Made by a program: the position numbers and the translations under genes | IMG/VR virus record: IMGVR_UViG_3300032046_000017 | DNA: 64,000 nucleotides | Strand: one strand, 5' to 3' | Source of the DNA: an uncultured virus (IMG/VR IMGVR_UViG_3300032046_000017) | Taxonomy: Duplodnaviria > Heunggongvirae > Uroviricota > Caudoviricetes | Shown: positions 18,995 to 27,888 of the stretch, piece by piece | Layout of the letters: every line of letters begins with the position of its first letter | Numbering within the stretch: position 1 is the stretch's first letter | The notes under the pieces: model-generated | The model's database searches: none | What the model saw: only the letters and a program-made list of their open reading frames with translations | Told to the model about the DNA's origin: nothing

Positions 18995-19147
18995 CTAATC
19001 AATTACTCCTATTAGCGCCCATCTCCCAACGGGAGTTGGGTCTTCCCTCCTCAGAACCAGTCTTTTCCCATACGGATTCTCCAAAATTAATGCCTTGCAA
19101 TAACCGTGCTGTTTTCGCCAATAGACTACTGTGTTGAAGTGTCGCAT
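18995..19147 (-). CDS. 50-aa hypothetical protein (below the ORF-track cutoff)
   Basis: AAGGAG SD; MRHFNTVVYWRKQHGYCKALILENPYG. Confidence 0.55.
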   Translation of the reverse strand: MRHFNTVVYWRKQHGYCKALILENPYGKRLVLRREDPTPVGRWALIGVID

Positions 19148-19184
19148 TTTGCTCCTTCAAGCCAGAGTGGCGTGATTTGTTTGT

Positions 19185-19216
19185 ATTAAAATAAGCTGAC
19201 GGAGGGCTTGCCTCCC
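19185..19216 (-). terminator. Probable terminator after the YiiX-family gene
   Basis: GGAGG/CCTCC hairpin at 19201-19215 with a U-rich stretch a few nt downstream on the minus strand. Confidence 0.4.
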
Positions 19217-19223
19217 GGTGTGC

Positions 19224-19934
19224 TTATGCTTGGTACACTACTTTGGTGCTGTGGAAAAGGTCATCAGGCTCGAAAGCCCAGCGGCCTGAGAAGTACGATG
19301 GGGTGAAGTTAGGATTACTAACTGCTCCGACACCAACAATGTAAACAAACTCTGAGCAGTAGATCTTCAGCGACAAATCAAAAACCTCCGACGCCGTGAT
19401 GCTGTCGGCAAGTGCTTCCGGGTCCTCAAGTGATAAAGTGAAGTCGTAGTCGAGTTTGACTCCTGGCTTCAATAGCTTTTGGAATCTATCTTCTGCTTTG
19501 GCTTGGTCCTCCTGGCTTCCAAACTCCAATTCCATGATGGCAATGGAGTCCACCTCGCGCAGATAGTCTAGGAGGGAGTTTATGTTTAGCCCGGTTCCTC
19601 TCATATGGTAGAGAGTAGGAATTTTTAGGTCGTTCAACCGGACAAACCCAGCATGGCCCCACTCGCACTGTGTTATGGCGTGGTTGAACTGCCATGCCAA
19701 CGACTCAGTATCTGCCCCGACAAAGACAAACATTTTGTCCGGGTTGTCAATCAGTAACTTCTCGATTGCATAGTAACCGTCCATGTCAAACTTAGGATAT
19801 CCCCACACCCTGAACGTCATGTGGCCCAGAATATTGCGGGCAAGCCAGCGCCATAACCTAGTAGTGGAGAACCATCCTAATAACCCGTACCATAGACGCA
19901 TGATCATGTGTGGGTCCCCAATATGGTTAGACAA
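19224..19934 (-). CDS. Permuted papain-like amidase (YaeF/YiiX, C92 family); start may be slightly downstream
   Basis: WGHAGF (His) precedes YDF...IYCSEFV (Cys), the permuted NlpC/P60 order. Confidence 0.8.
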   Translation of the reverse strand: MSNHIGDPHMIMRLWYGLLGWFSTTRLWRWLARNILGHMTFRVWGYPKFDMDGYYAIEKLLIDNPDKMFVFVGADTESLAWQFNHAITQCEWGHAGFVRLNDLKIPTLYHMRGTGLNINSLLDYLREVDSIAIMELEFGSQEDQAKAEDRFQKLLKPGVKLDYDFTLSLEDPEALADSITASEVFDLSLKIYCSEFVYIVGVGAVSNPNFTPSYFSGRWAFEPDDLFHSTKVVYQA

Positions 19935-20979
19935 TCTGCAAATAGAAAGTGGCCGTGCACATCTCCCCGCCAGTGAAAGGAAGATTGTCCAGCAGTACCA
20001 TTCTGAACAGCGTTCCTACGGCGGAATCAAGCGTTAACGCTTGGACATAGTTAAATGGCATCACAACTACGTCCTGTGTTAACTCGCCTATGGCCGGAAT
20101 AGTACCTTGGCCCTGGTTAGCCGCGTTGATCAGGTCCCTGGCATTTCGGTAATCAGCTCTGAACTGACCGTAACCAGCTTCCCAAAGAGCACTTGCAAAG
20201 GTGCCGTAGGTACCAAGAGAGGCGCCTGCCCAGATTTCGAAACGAACTGTGTTATTGATGACAGTATCGACCGAGAACTGAAGCTCGACGTGCTGTACCA
20301 GCATTTTCTTGCCAGACGGAGGAGCTAGCAGCCATTCCGAAGGGTTGCTGACACCATTGTTGTGCCAATAGGTGCACTTAATGGTAGACCCGGCCTTACT
20401 TGCCCCAAAGGTGATGGCCCCAGTCGCAAAGTTTTGCGTGTAGCCAGTAGTTTGGACTACGTCATCCACCTTAACAACGGTTCGCCAGTCGGCATGCTTG
20501 CCGAATGAGCCGTCTCGTTTGAGGATCTGCTTATGAGTGTAGGTTAGTCTAGCGTTGTCAATGTTAATCCAGTCAGTGTTAATACTTGTAAAGGTGAGCC
20601 CATCGCCAGAGTCCGTTAGGACCTCGTCCACTACCTGCACCGATTTTTGGTACCAAGTGGTTCTGTCGCTCAGGTCATGAGATACTAGTGACACCGATCT
20701 TGTTGCCGAGGGGCCAGTGAAAATAGACGGCTCAGTAAGGGGCATCCCCGCAGAACTCCTAGGCTGGATAATGCGGTTGCCCTTAGCCTTGTAGGTAGCC
20801 TCGAACTCTGTTTGGTCTGCACCAGGAGACATCTCCTTTGGCACTTCGCAGGAGACGACAAATGGACCGTCAAACACATAAACGAAGTAAACACCGTTGG
20901 CAACTATCCATTGGACTGTCAGCCCTCGTGAATCAGCAAAGGATTTTACATCGGCCCAAGGAAGTGTTAGTGTAGTCAT
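19927..20979 (-). CDS. Probable virion structural protein, 350 aa
   Basis: Beta-rich; VKVDDVVQTTGYTQNFATGAITF segment of the kind seen in phage tail proteins; translationally coupled operon. Confidence 0.5.
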   Translation of the reverse strand: MTTLTLPWADVKSFADSRGLTVQWIVANGVYFVYVFDGPFVVSCEVPKEMSPGADQTEFEATYKAKGNRIIQPRSSAGMPLTEPSIFTGPSATRSVSLVSHDLSDRTTWYQKSVQVVDEVLTDSGDGLTFTSINTDWINIDNARLTYTHKQILKRDGSFGKHADWRTVVKVDDVVQTTGYTQNFATGAITFGASKAGSTIKCTYWHNNGVSNPSEWLLAPPSGKKMLVQHVELQFSVDTVINNTVRFEIWAGASLGTYGTFASALWEAGYGQFRADYRNARDLINAANQGQGTIPAIGELTQDVVVMPFNYVQALTLDSAVGTLFRMVLLDNLPFTGGEMCTATFYLQIV

Positions 20980-20980
20980 A

Positions 20981-21742
20981 TTATTCCTCAGTGAACTTTA
21001 TAAAGCAAGAAATGCTAAGACCAGCTGGAAGCGCAGCCCCATTAAAGTTGACAGAAATTTGCTCAGAGACACCTCTGAGAGTGATAGGTTGCCCCTGTGA
21101 CCCTGTGTCGTAGTCAAGCACTACTATTGGTTGCAATGTGCTAGCTGAGGTGACCGGAGTGTAAACTCTGACTATCTCTATGGAACCAACTAATGTTCCC
21201 AACGTAGGATTTGCTGTGTAACTACGAATCACTGCGGTAGGTGCCGGGTTGGTAGTGTCTAGTTTAACTATGGTTGGTAATGCGGAGGTGCCACCGGAAT
21301 TGACCGTAGAATACCTCTTCAGATAAAACCAGTTTGTCCCAGCAGTGGTTTGTGTAGCGAACACACAAATTTTTAATATTTTGATTGTCTTAGAGGCACT
21401 GCCGACAATAGTGAACAAATCTGTTGGAGTAGCTGGAGGAGAAAACGAACCACTAGCCGCCGTGTAGGTAGCCTTAACAGGGGAAATTAGATTCACCGGT
21501 TGCGTGGTTGACGTCGATGAACCAGTCAGCCAATTCAGTCCTGCCGAGAACGGCACAAAATAGGCAGTACCATCACTTATTCCCAAGTCGCCAGTAGCGG
21601 CATCGTTGATAACTTTGTCATCTGATGACCAGGCAACATGCTCAGAGGTGGCTAGCGTGTATTCGGTACCAGCTGCTAGGAGCAACCCTGACCAAGTGTC
21701 GTCAGTAGCTTTATTGTTTCTTACTTTTATGATCTTAGCCAT
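20981..21742 (-). CDS. Probable virion structural protein, 253 aa
   Basis: Thr/Ser/Gly-rich two-domain beta protein in the same operon. Confidence 0.5.
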   Translation of the reverse strand: MAKIIKVRNNKATDDTWSGLLLAAGTEYTLATSEHVAWSSDDKVINDAATGDLGISDGTAYFVPFSAGLNWLTGSSTSTTQPVNLISPVKATYTAASGSFSPPATPTDLFTIVGSASKTIKILKICVFATQTTAGTNWFYLKRYSTVNSGGTSALPTIVKLDTTNPAPTAVIRSYTANPTLGTLVGSIEIVRVYTPVTSASTLQPIVVLDYDTGSQGQPITLRGVSEQISVNFNGAALPAGLSISCFIKFTEE

Positions 21743-21788
21743 TTAACGCCCTGCCAAGGTTTCAGTTGTGCTACTCATTGCCATCACA

Positions 21789-22493
21789 TTAAGAAAGTAC
21801 GTACATTGATACACCAGGCTTCTGAATTGAGCCGGAGGTTACCCTAACCGCAATCTTGTCGCCGGTTGCTAGTGGCACATTGAGCCCGGTAATAGAGTTA
21901 GAGCTTTGCGCTGTTAATGATATTGACGTAATTGCATTAACTAAGTCAGTAGTTTTAAAAAAACCTACTGTGCCGGTCGTAGAAGCGTTTGACACTACGG
22001 CTAATGCTACGATAATACTATCAGTAACTGATAGGAAAGGACCAAGATCGGAGGAGTTAGACGGATAAAACTCTAAGTATCTACCAACGTTGGCAGCAGC
22101 CGTGTAGCTACATGGCACGTTGATAATACCACCGTTGGTGGCGCTAGTTATTTCTAGTATCCAAACACCATTAGCCGTGGAATTGTCTATCAGGATGGTA
22201 GTGAGCCTGTTTCTTGGCAGAACCACCTGTTGCGATACTCCACCATTATTTCTTACGTCAAACGATACGGTGGAGTTATTCCAAAATTGAAAGGTATGAC
22301 CATTTGACAACGTGGTGGCGTTAGGTAAGTTTACTAATTGAGCTGCAACGGTACCGTTGTACACGGTCATATAAGGACTGCTAGCCGTCATGACAAGCGT
22401 AGAGGCTGCCGTGTTAGCTATCGTGCCATTGAACCTAAGAGCGCTGTGCTCTAATAGAGTTTCGACAATTTGCGAATTTATGGTACCTGGCAT
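21789..22493 (-). CDS. Probable fibre-associated structural protein, 234 aa
   Basis: VNLPNATTLSNG...NNST...TANGVW motif of the kind found in phage fibre domains. Confidence 0.55.
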   Translation of the reverse strand: MPGTINSQIVETLLEHSALRFNGTIANTAASTLVMTASSPYMTVYNGTVAAQLVNLPNATTLSNGHTFQFWNNSTVSFDVRNNGGVSQQVVLPRNRLTTILIDNSTANGVWILEITSATNGGIINVPCSYTAAANVGRYLEFYPSNSSDLGPFLSVTDSIIVALAVVSNASTTGTVGFFKTTDLVNAITSISLTAQSSNSITGLNVPLATGDKIAVRVTSGSIQKPGVSMYVLS

Positions 22494-22546
22494 TGGTTAA
22501 ACTCCATTTGCGAGCACAAACAGGTTAGTCCGGCTGTGTTTAACCA

Positions 22547-22690
22547 TTACTTTGGTTCTTCTGCTTTCACGATCTCACCGGTCACGTATTTGCCCTTGAC
22601 GGTGTTAGCATACTTCTCCTGGCGCACTTCGCTCAATTTCTGCGGAGTGACGTCAGGAAATGACGGTTCTGGCTTTTTCTCGTCGCTCAT
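22547..22690 (-). CDS. 47-aa hypothetical protein (below the ORF-track cutoff)
   Basis: GGGAG SD; MSDEKKPEPSFPDVTPQKLSEVRQEKY. Confidence 0.6.
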   Translation of the reverse strand: MSDEKKPEPSFPDVTPQKLSEVRQEKYANTVKGKYVTGEIVKAEEPK

Positions 22691-22701
22691 ATTGGGCTCC
22701 C

Positions 22702-23055
22702 TCAGGCTGTAAATGCATTAAGTTGTGTTGCTGTCAATAGAACACCGTCTTGCCAAACCTCAACCACCCCGCGCTCCACCCAATCAATAATTGGCGCTCC
22801 ATAGGCGGTGCGGTGATCAGTGTTTTTAATATAAGTCTCTAAGGTAAGGTCAGATATGGTGGTACCAGACCAGTCAATAAGCAGCACGTTTTGGCCGCCA
22901 CGGTAATCCAGATTGGCAGCAGTCCCAGTGTGCAACTTACCAGCATAAAACCCGTCGCGGTTGGTGCCAACGAACAGCACTGCCCTATTGGTAGGCACCT
23001 TGTAGAACACGCCTCCTAGGTTAAAAACACTATCTGCCAGTTTAATTGTGATCAC
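22702..23055 (-). CDS. Hypothetical protein, 117 aa
   Basis: GTG start overlaps the upstream TGA; AAGGA SD. Confidence 0.65.
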   Translation of the reverse strand: MITIKLADSVFNLGGVFYKVPTNRAVLFVGTNRDGFYAGKLHTGTAANLDYRGGQNVLLIDWSGTTISDLTLETYIKNTDHRTAYGAPIIDWVERGVVEVWQDGVLLTATQLNAFTA

Positions 23056-23354
23056 AATGGGTCCTTTCTGGCACTCTTACGTGCAACACCTTTGGCATCA
23101 ACTGCGGCCAGTGCCGCTTTGATTGACGACCTTTTAACGAACTCGCCCACCACTGGGATGCCTAGTTTACCTAATTCGGCCACTAATTCAGATTTGGCCT
23201 CTTTTTTCTTCATCCCCTGGAATATGTGCATGACCAATCCCCAGTCTTGATCGTTAAACTTGGTGTGCTTTTTCAACTTTGAGCGTTCTACTGCGTTTTT
23301 GGCACGCTCCCACAACTTTTCCTCATGTGGAGTATGAACTACGCTAGCTGGCAT
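23052..23354 (-). CDS. Small basic phage protein, 100 aa
   Basis: ATG at 23354 with GGAG SD; MPASVVHTPHEEKLWERAK. Confidence 0.7.
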   Translation of the reverse strand: MPASVVHTPHEEKLWERAKNAVERSKLKKHTKFNDQDWGLVMHIFQGMKKKEAKSELVAELGKLGIPVVGEFVKRSSIKAALAAVDAKGVARKSARKDPL

Positions 23355-23527
23355 GTGTTTGGCTCCTTGCTGTTCCTTACTTATAAAAGTTAACCACCAA
23401 ACATAGCTTAGCATAAGCAACATTTGTGAGTGCCAAAATGACTGATACATCAAAGCTTAAGTACCTAGCCGTTAGCCTTTTCGTCTCCATTCTGTGTTGG
23501 GCTGCCTTATACAAGCTAGTAACGCTG

Positions 23528-23764
23528 CTAGCACAGACTCTGAGAGCTAATTAGTCTTAGCTTTCTCTCCTTTGTGATTTCCAGAACCAAGTCATCTGGG
23601 CGCTTTCCCAAGGTGTTGCTTAATTCTCTTATTTTTTCCTCGCACTCCTGCGGCAACTCGTAAATGCTAGTTATACTAACCGACTTTCCTCTGATGTTCC
23701 ACCTAGCGTCACTCTTAGATTCTAAAGCCCACACACCTACAGACGTGCCTTTTGGCATAAACAT
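23528..23764 (-). CDS. Hypothetical protein, 78 aa
   Basis: GAGGT SD. Confidence 0.55.
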   Translation of the reverse strand: MFMPKGTSVGVWALESKSDARWNIRGKSVSITSIYELPQECEEKIRELSNTLGKRPDDLVLEITKERKLRLISSQSLC

Positions 23765-23856
23765 TACGCTACCTCATAAGCTATTGTGTTATTCTTTATT
23801 TTATCAGACACACAAAAGGTCTGGCAATCACGATAATGTGGCACTATGGAGCTAGC

Positions 23857-24609
23857 ATGACAAATACCCTAACGTTACCAGGAAAACATATCGTGAAAGG
23901 CAACGTGGTAGCGGCAAATTACCACCACGAACTTCACCGCAACGTTGAAAAGGTCAAGCATAACGGAAAAACCAAATACCGCACAACTGCTGCCAACCTG
24001 CCACAACAGGACCTAGACCTGGACTTTTTGCAGGCAGCCAGCGAAACTTACCAGATTTCGCCAGACCCAAAAGACTACATAATGGTGTCGTTACCTATTG
24101 TGACGTCTGACGTCCCTAACCGCAACATGCAAGGATTTATGGGCCAGGAACTGGCCTACTTTGATGCCGCCTATGGGTGCATGGTCTACCAAACCTTCCT
24201 GAGGAAGCCGACACACATTGACCACTACGAGAACACCATACCGCACAAAGCAAAAGGCGTGCACGTAGATGCTAGCATGATTTATGTGCCTAAGTACGAC
24301 CTGTGGAAAATCAACGTCCTTACCATGTGGGACCGAACCAAAGACGAAAAGTTGGTGAAGGAAATATTGGACAAAAAACGGACCGGGTATAGCATGGGTG
24401 CTAGTTGCCAGAGTTTTATTTGCAGTATTTGTGGCCGCGTGGACGAGATGGACCACAATAGCTGCGAGCATATGAGGCCGAAGGGGACGCTGTGGGGGAA
24501 AGAAAATACGCTATCATATCAAGTCATTTCGGCACCCTGCTTTTTTGAGACTAGTTCTGTCATCGATCCTGCAGATCCTACGGCTCAATCAAATGACGTT
24601 CTAATATAA
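23857..24609 (+). CDS. Putative capsid maturation (prohead) protease with a Zn-binding insertion
   Basis: PNRN..GF, YQTFLRKPTHIDH, GYSMG, CSICG...CEH, FETSSV.DPAD match a motif order seen in large-phage head maturation proteases. Confidence 0.6.
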   Translation: MTNTLTLPGKHIVKGNVVAANYHHELHRNVEKVKHNGKTKYRTTAANLPQQDLDLDFLQAASETYQISPDPKDYIMVSLPIVTSDVPNRNMQGFMGQELAYFDAAYGCMVYQTFLRKPTHIDHYENTIPHKAKGVHVDASMIYVPKYDLWKINVLTMWDRTKDEKLVKEILDKKRTGYSMGASCQSFICSICGRVDEMDHNSCEHMRPKGTLWGKENTLSYQVISAPCFFETSSVIDPADPTAQSNDVLI

Positions 24610-24663
24610 ATTTATAACATGCTTCTTGTAAAAACATAGGTCACCCAAATGTGGAGAAGACCT

Positions 24664-26409
24664 ATGTTTTTCTGCCCTAACTGCACAAGACCCCACAAAA
24701 CCGAGCTAGAGGGGATTTGCTCTTCTTGCACCAACCGAATTAAGTCTAAGGAGTCCTGGCTTTCGGTGCTGAGGCCACTGCTGGTCTCTTCGGAGCCTTA
24801 TAATAAGTCAGATAAGATTACAATAGCTTGCCCTAAGTGCAAGACTCATCGAATCTGTAAGGCCAATAGTTTAGTTACCGCTTGGGCCAGAAAATCACCA
24901 GTTAACGGATGGTGCCGATCCTGCCTGGTTAATCAACCAGAGGTTCTGGCTAACTTGGTGCGGAAAAACCTAGGACGTAAACTTGGCGCAGTACCAGAGG
25001 AACGCAAAAAAGTGCTGTCGGAAAAGATGAAGCAGAAGTGGTTAGATCCTGAATATAGAGCCATAAAGGAAAAACAGATTGAGGCTCAGTGGTCCGATGA
25101 AAACTTTAAGAAGGCTCATTTGTTGGCTTCGCTAGCAGTGCAAGACCAGAGAGAACGGTCTATGAAGGCTCATCACTCTACTTCTGAATTCAAAGAGCAG
25201 CAACGTCGAGATTCGCTTGACAGATGGAATGACCCAGCGTACCAAAGTAAGACCTTGGCCCACATTAGTCCTGAATGGCGAGCGAAAATCTCAGAGGCAA
25301 TGACGAAACAAAGGAACTCTCCAGAGTGGGGCAAAGCGTTATCGGAAAATGCCAAACAAGCACATTTGACTAGCCAAAATTACGAAAAGTTTAAGATCAC
25401 TAATGAGGAAATCAAAGAGCAGATTATTGGCAGGTTTGATTTCTTAGAGTTTTTGCCAAAACGTAACCTAAAAAGACATGTGTCAATAAAATGTGTTAAA
25501 TGTGGGGAAGTTAGCGAAAGATCAGTGCACAGGCTCTTCCAACAGTGCGGTTTCTGCTTTAATCAAAGTGTCAGCAGACCAGAGGAAGAAATAAGGGCGT
25601 TTATTGAAAGTTTAGGTTTCAATAGGCCGGATAAACATTACATCGGCAGGAAGGAGCTAGATGTTCTTGTTCAAGAGAGAGACATAGCTATTGAGTACTG
25701 CGGTCTATACTGGCATAGCGAAGAGATGTATCCAGATCAGAACCACCATAAGAACAAAATGATTTTGGCCAATGAGCAAGGCATAAGGCTCATCACAATA
25801 TTTGAGGACGAGTGGCTAGACAGGGAGTCGCAAGTGAAGGGTCTGATTAGAGCTATTTTGGGAAAACCAACTGAGAGACACTATGCCAGAAACTTAGATT
25901 TCGTCCTAATGGACCGAAAAGCAGCTAAGGATTTCTTAGACGAGCACCACTTGCAAGGTGGCAATGCAGTATTCTATTTAGCTGTCGGTTTGGCCGACCA
26001 CACCGGCAGGGTGCTTGGGCTCATGACTTTCGGACATCATCATAGAGGTGGAGGGTGTGCCCTAAATAGAATGTGCTTTCTTACCGGAGTATCAGTTGTG
26101 GGAGGCGCATCAAAAATGCTTTCGCATGCAAAGGAAATTTTGTCTGGCCTAGGAGTAGACAGCCTTGTAACCTGGTCAGACAACAGATGGTCAGATGGCT
26201 TAGTTTATCAAGCGATGGGTATGACATTAGATACTAGACTAAAACCAGATTATAGTTATTGCCGGAGAACTAGGAGATATTCTAAACAGTCGCTTAAACT
26301 ATCTAAAGAAGAGGCTTCGCACGGTGTGACGGAAGCAGCCATAAGAAAGAGCCAAGGTTACGTCAGAATCTGGGACTGCGGAAAGAAGCGTTGGAAACTG
26401 GAGTGGTAA
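24664..26409 (+). CDS. Hef-like endonuclease: Zn ribbons, helical W-x-D/N-P repeats, Vsr-like nuclease and GNAT-like domain
   Basis: Several CxxC pairs; ELDV...IAIEYCGLYWHSE...GIRLITIFEDEW; YAR...FLDEHHLQG...VVGGASKML...SDNRWS...RIWDCGK. Confidence 0.75.
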   Translation: MFFCPNCTRPHKTELEGICSSCTNRIKSKESWLSVLRPLLVSSEPYNKSDKITIACPKCKTHRICKANSLVTAWARKSPVNGWCRSCLVNQPEVLANLVRKNLGRKLGAVPEERKKVLSEKMKQKWLDPEYRAIKEKQIEAQWSDENFKKAHLLASLAVQDQRERSMKAHHSTSEFKEQQRRDSLDRWNDPAYQSKTLAHISPEWRAKISEAMTKQRNSPEWGKALSENAKQAHLTSQNYEKFKITNEEIKEQIIGRFDFLEFLPKRNLKRHVSIKCVKCGEVSERSVHRLFQQCGFCFNQSVSRPEEEIRAFIESLGFNRPDKHYIGRKELDVLVQERDIAIEYCGLYWHSEEMYPDQNHHKNKMILANEQGIRLITIFEDEWLDRESQVKGLIRAILGKPTERHYARNLDFVLMDRKAAKDFLDEHHLQGGNAVFYLAVGLADHTGRVLGLMTFGHHHRGGGCALNRMCFLTGVSVVGGASKMLSHAKEILSGLGVDSLVTWSDNRWSDGLVYQAMGMTLDTRLKPDYSYCRRTRRYSKQSLKLSKEEASHGVTEAAIRKSQGYVRIWDCGKKRWKLEW

Positions 26410-26499
26410 CCGATGGCTACCAGGTGACGGTATTAGAATAGGTGATGTTTCCATAGCTATTGTTATTGGTAAAGCTATACTTTACCGAGGACACATACT

Positions 26500-26823
26500 A
26501 TGACATCACAGTTGAGGTCTGAAGTGGATTATTGCATAGAGGGCGAGACCGTCACGTTCACCTCAAGATTTTATGACGCAAAAGACCGCGTCTTGTCGAC
26601 AGTGACGTCAGCCTCCGAGAATGACTTTGTATTAATGCACGGCAGAATGCAACTGACGCTTATGAAGCAGCTCGGGTTAGCCGGTAACCCGAAAGCAGCC
26701 AACGAAGACGTCCTAGCCTATGAGTGGCTAATGAAGCAACCTGAGTACCTGAAAGACCTGTACTTCAAGGACAGAGAAATCAACAGCATCAGGCCGTACC
26801 AGTTCAGAATCAAGCACAAATAG
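26500..26823 (+). CDS. Hypothetical protein, 107 aa
   Basis: GAGGA SD. Confidence 0.65.
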   Translation: MTSQLRSEVDYCIEGETVTFTSRFYDAKDRVLSTVTSASENDFVLMHGRMQLTLMKQLGLAGNPKAANEDVLAYEWLMKQPEYLKDLYFKDREINSIRPYQFRIKHK

Positions 26824-27096
26824 CTAGTCCAAACTAATAAGGCTAAGACCAGCAATAGCGGCAGCCTTTACGTAAGCTTCCTCGAACACCTCGTTAATCT
26901 CCACAGCTTTCTTGGCCAGCCTCTCGTTTATCCCGTGCATAATGCAGTTCTCTAGCAGATCAGAAAAAGCGGCTTCCAGGTCCGATGCTAGTATTTCCGA
27001 CTCTCCAAACTTGATTGTACAATTATTTATTGCCTCGATCTTGTACCCAACTGATACTGCCGCTTGGCAAAGTAACGTCCTAAACCTATCGTCCAT
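26824..27096 (-). CDS. Hypothetical protein, 90 aa
   Basis: Abuts the dksA stop codon; GGAGG SD. Confidence 0.65.
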   Translation of the reverse strand: MDDRFRTLLCQAAVSVGYKIEAINNCTIKFGESEILASDLEAAFSDLLENCIMHGINERLAKKAVEINEVFEEAYVKAAAIAGLSLISLD

Positions 27097-27480
27097 TTAT
27101 TCCTCCCAACCCGATGCCCCACCGGTCTGTTTAAGTGCTCTTTCCATTCTTTCCTGCTCCTCTTTGCACAGTACACAAAAAGTAGCTGTTAACCTAGCTT
27201 TTAGTCGTTTGATGTCAATGTCGTCACCACAGCCTTCGCACTCCCCATATTTGCCTTCCGCTATCCTAGCCAACGCCTCGGTAAGCTTTTTTACGTACAA
27301 AGTGTTACGCGCCGACAGTTTGTGGTAGATGGTTTGCTCGGCCATCTTTGCCGCAATGTCCACCTCATCAGCCTGCTTATCGGTAACAAGCTCGGTAGTA
27401 TCCAGCGGCTTGCTTACCGAAGCTCTTTCGGTTCTAATAGCTTGCTCAAACTCGGCCAATTGTTTCGCAGTCAGTGCCAT
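27097..27480 (-). CDS. dksA: DksA/TraR family C4 zinc-finger RNA polymerase-binding factor
   Basis: Coiled-coil tip DEVDIA (DxxDxA); ALARIAEGKYGECEGC...RLKAR...FCVLCKE. Confidence 0.92.
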   Translation of the reverse strand: MALTAKQLAEFEQAIRTERASVSKPLDTTELVTDKQADEVDIAAKMAEQTIYHKLSARNTLYVKKLTEALARIAEGKYGECEGCGDDIDIKRLKARLTATFCVLCKEEQERMERALKQTGGASGWEE

Positions 27481-27568
27481 AAAGATACCTCCTAAAGATT
27501 AAAGTGATAGCCTTCCAAGGCCGAAAAAACACTAAGAGATCCCTTTTAGGTAACCAAGGAGTCCCAAA

Positions 27569-27859
27569 ATGTCACCGTCAAAACAGTGCAGGCTTGTTTC
27601 AGAGTTAACCAGGAACCTATTGGAAGCTGAGCAGGAGGTGTACGAGATAACCAAGGAAACCCTTCTGGCAGGTTCGATCAGCCGGGAGCAGGAGCTGAGG
27701 CTGACGAGGGTCCTCGGAAGGGCTGACGCCCTTATCTATATGCTGACCAAGGCCAAAGCGGAAAGCGGCGAGGAGACCCCAAGAAACCGCTTGACGGCCA
27801 TTCCTGGGGGCTGCCAAAGGACACCGAAGAGAAATGTAAAGCTTCGTAACATAGTGTAA
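27569..27859 (+). CDS. Hypothetical protein, 96 aa
   Basis: AAGGAG SD; divergent from dksA. Confidence 0.6.
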   Translation: MSPSKQCRLVSELTRNLLEAEQEVYEITKETLLAGSISREQELRLTRVLGRADALIYMLTKAKAESGEETPRNRLTAIPGGCQRTPKRNVKLRNIV

Positions 27860-27888
27860 AAATTTACGACATGTAACGAACGGACATA

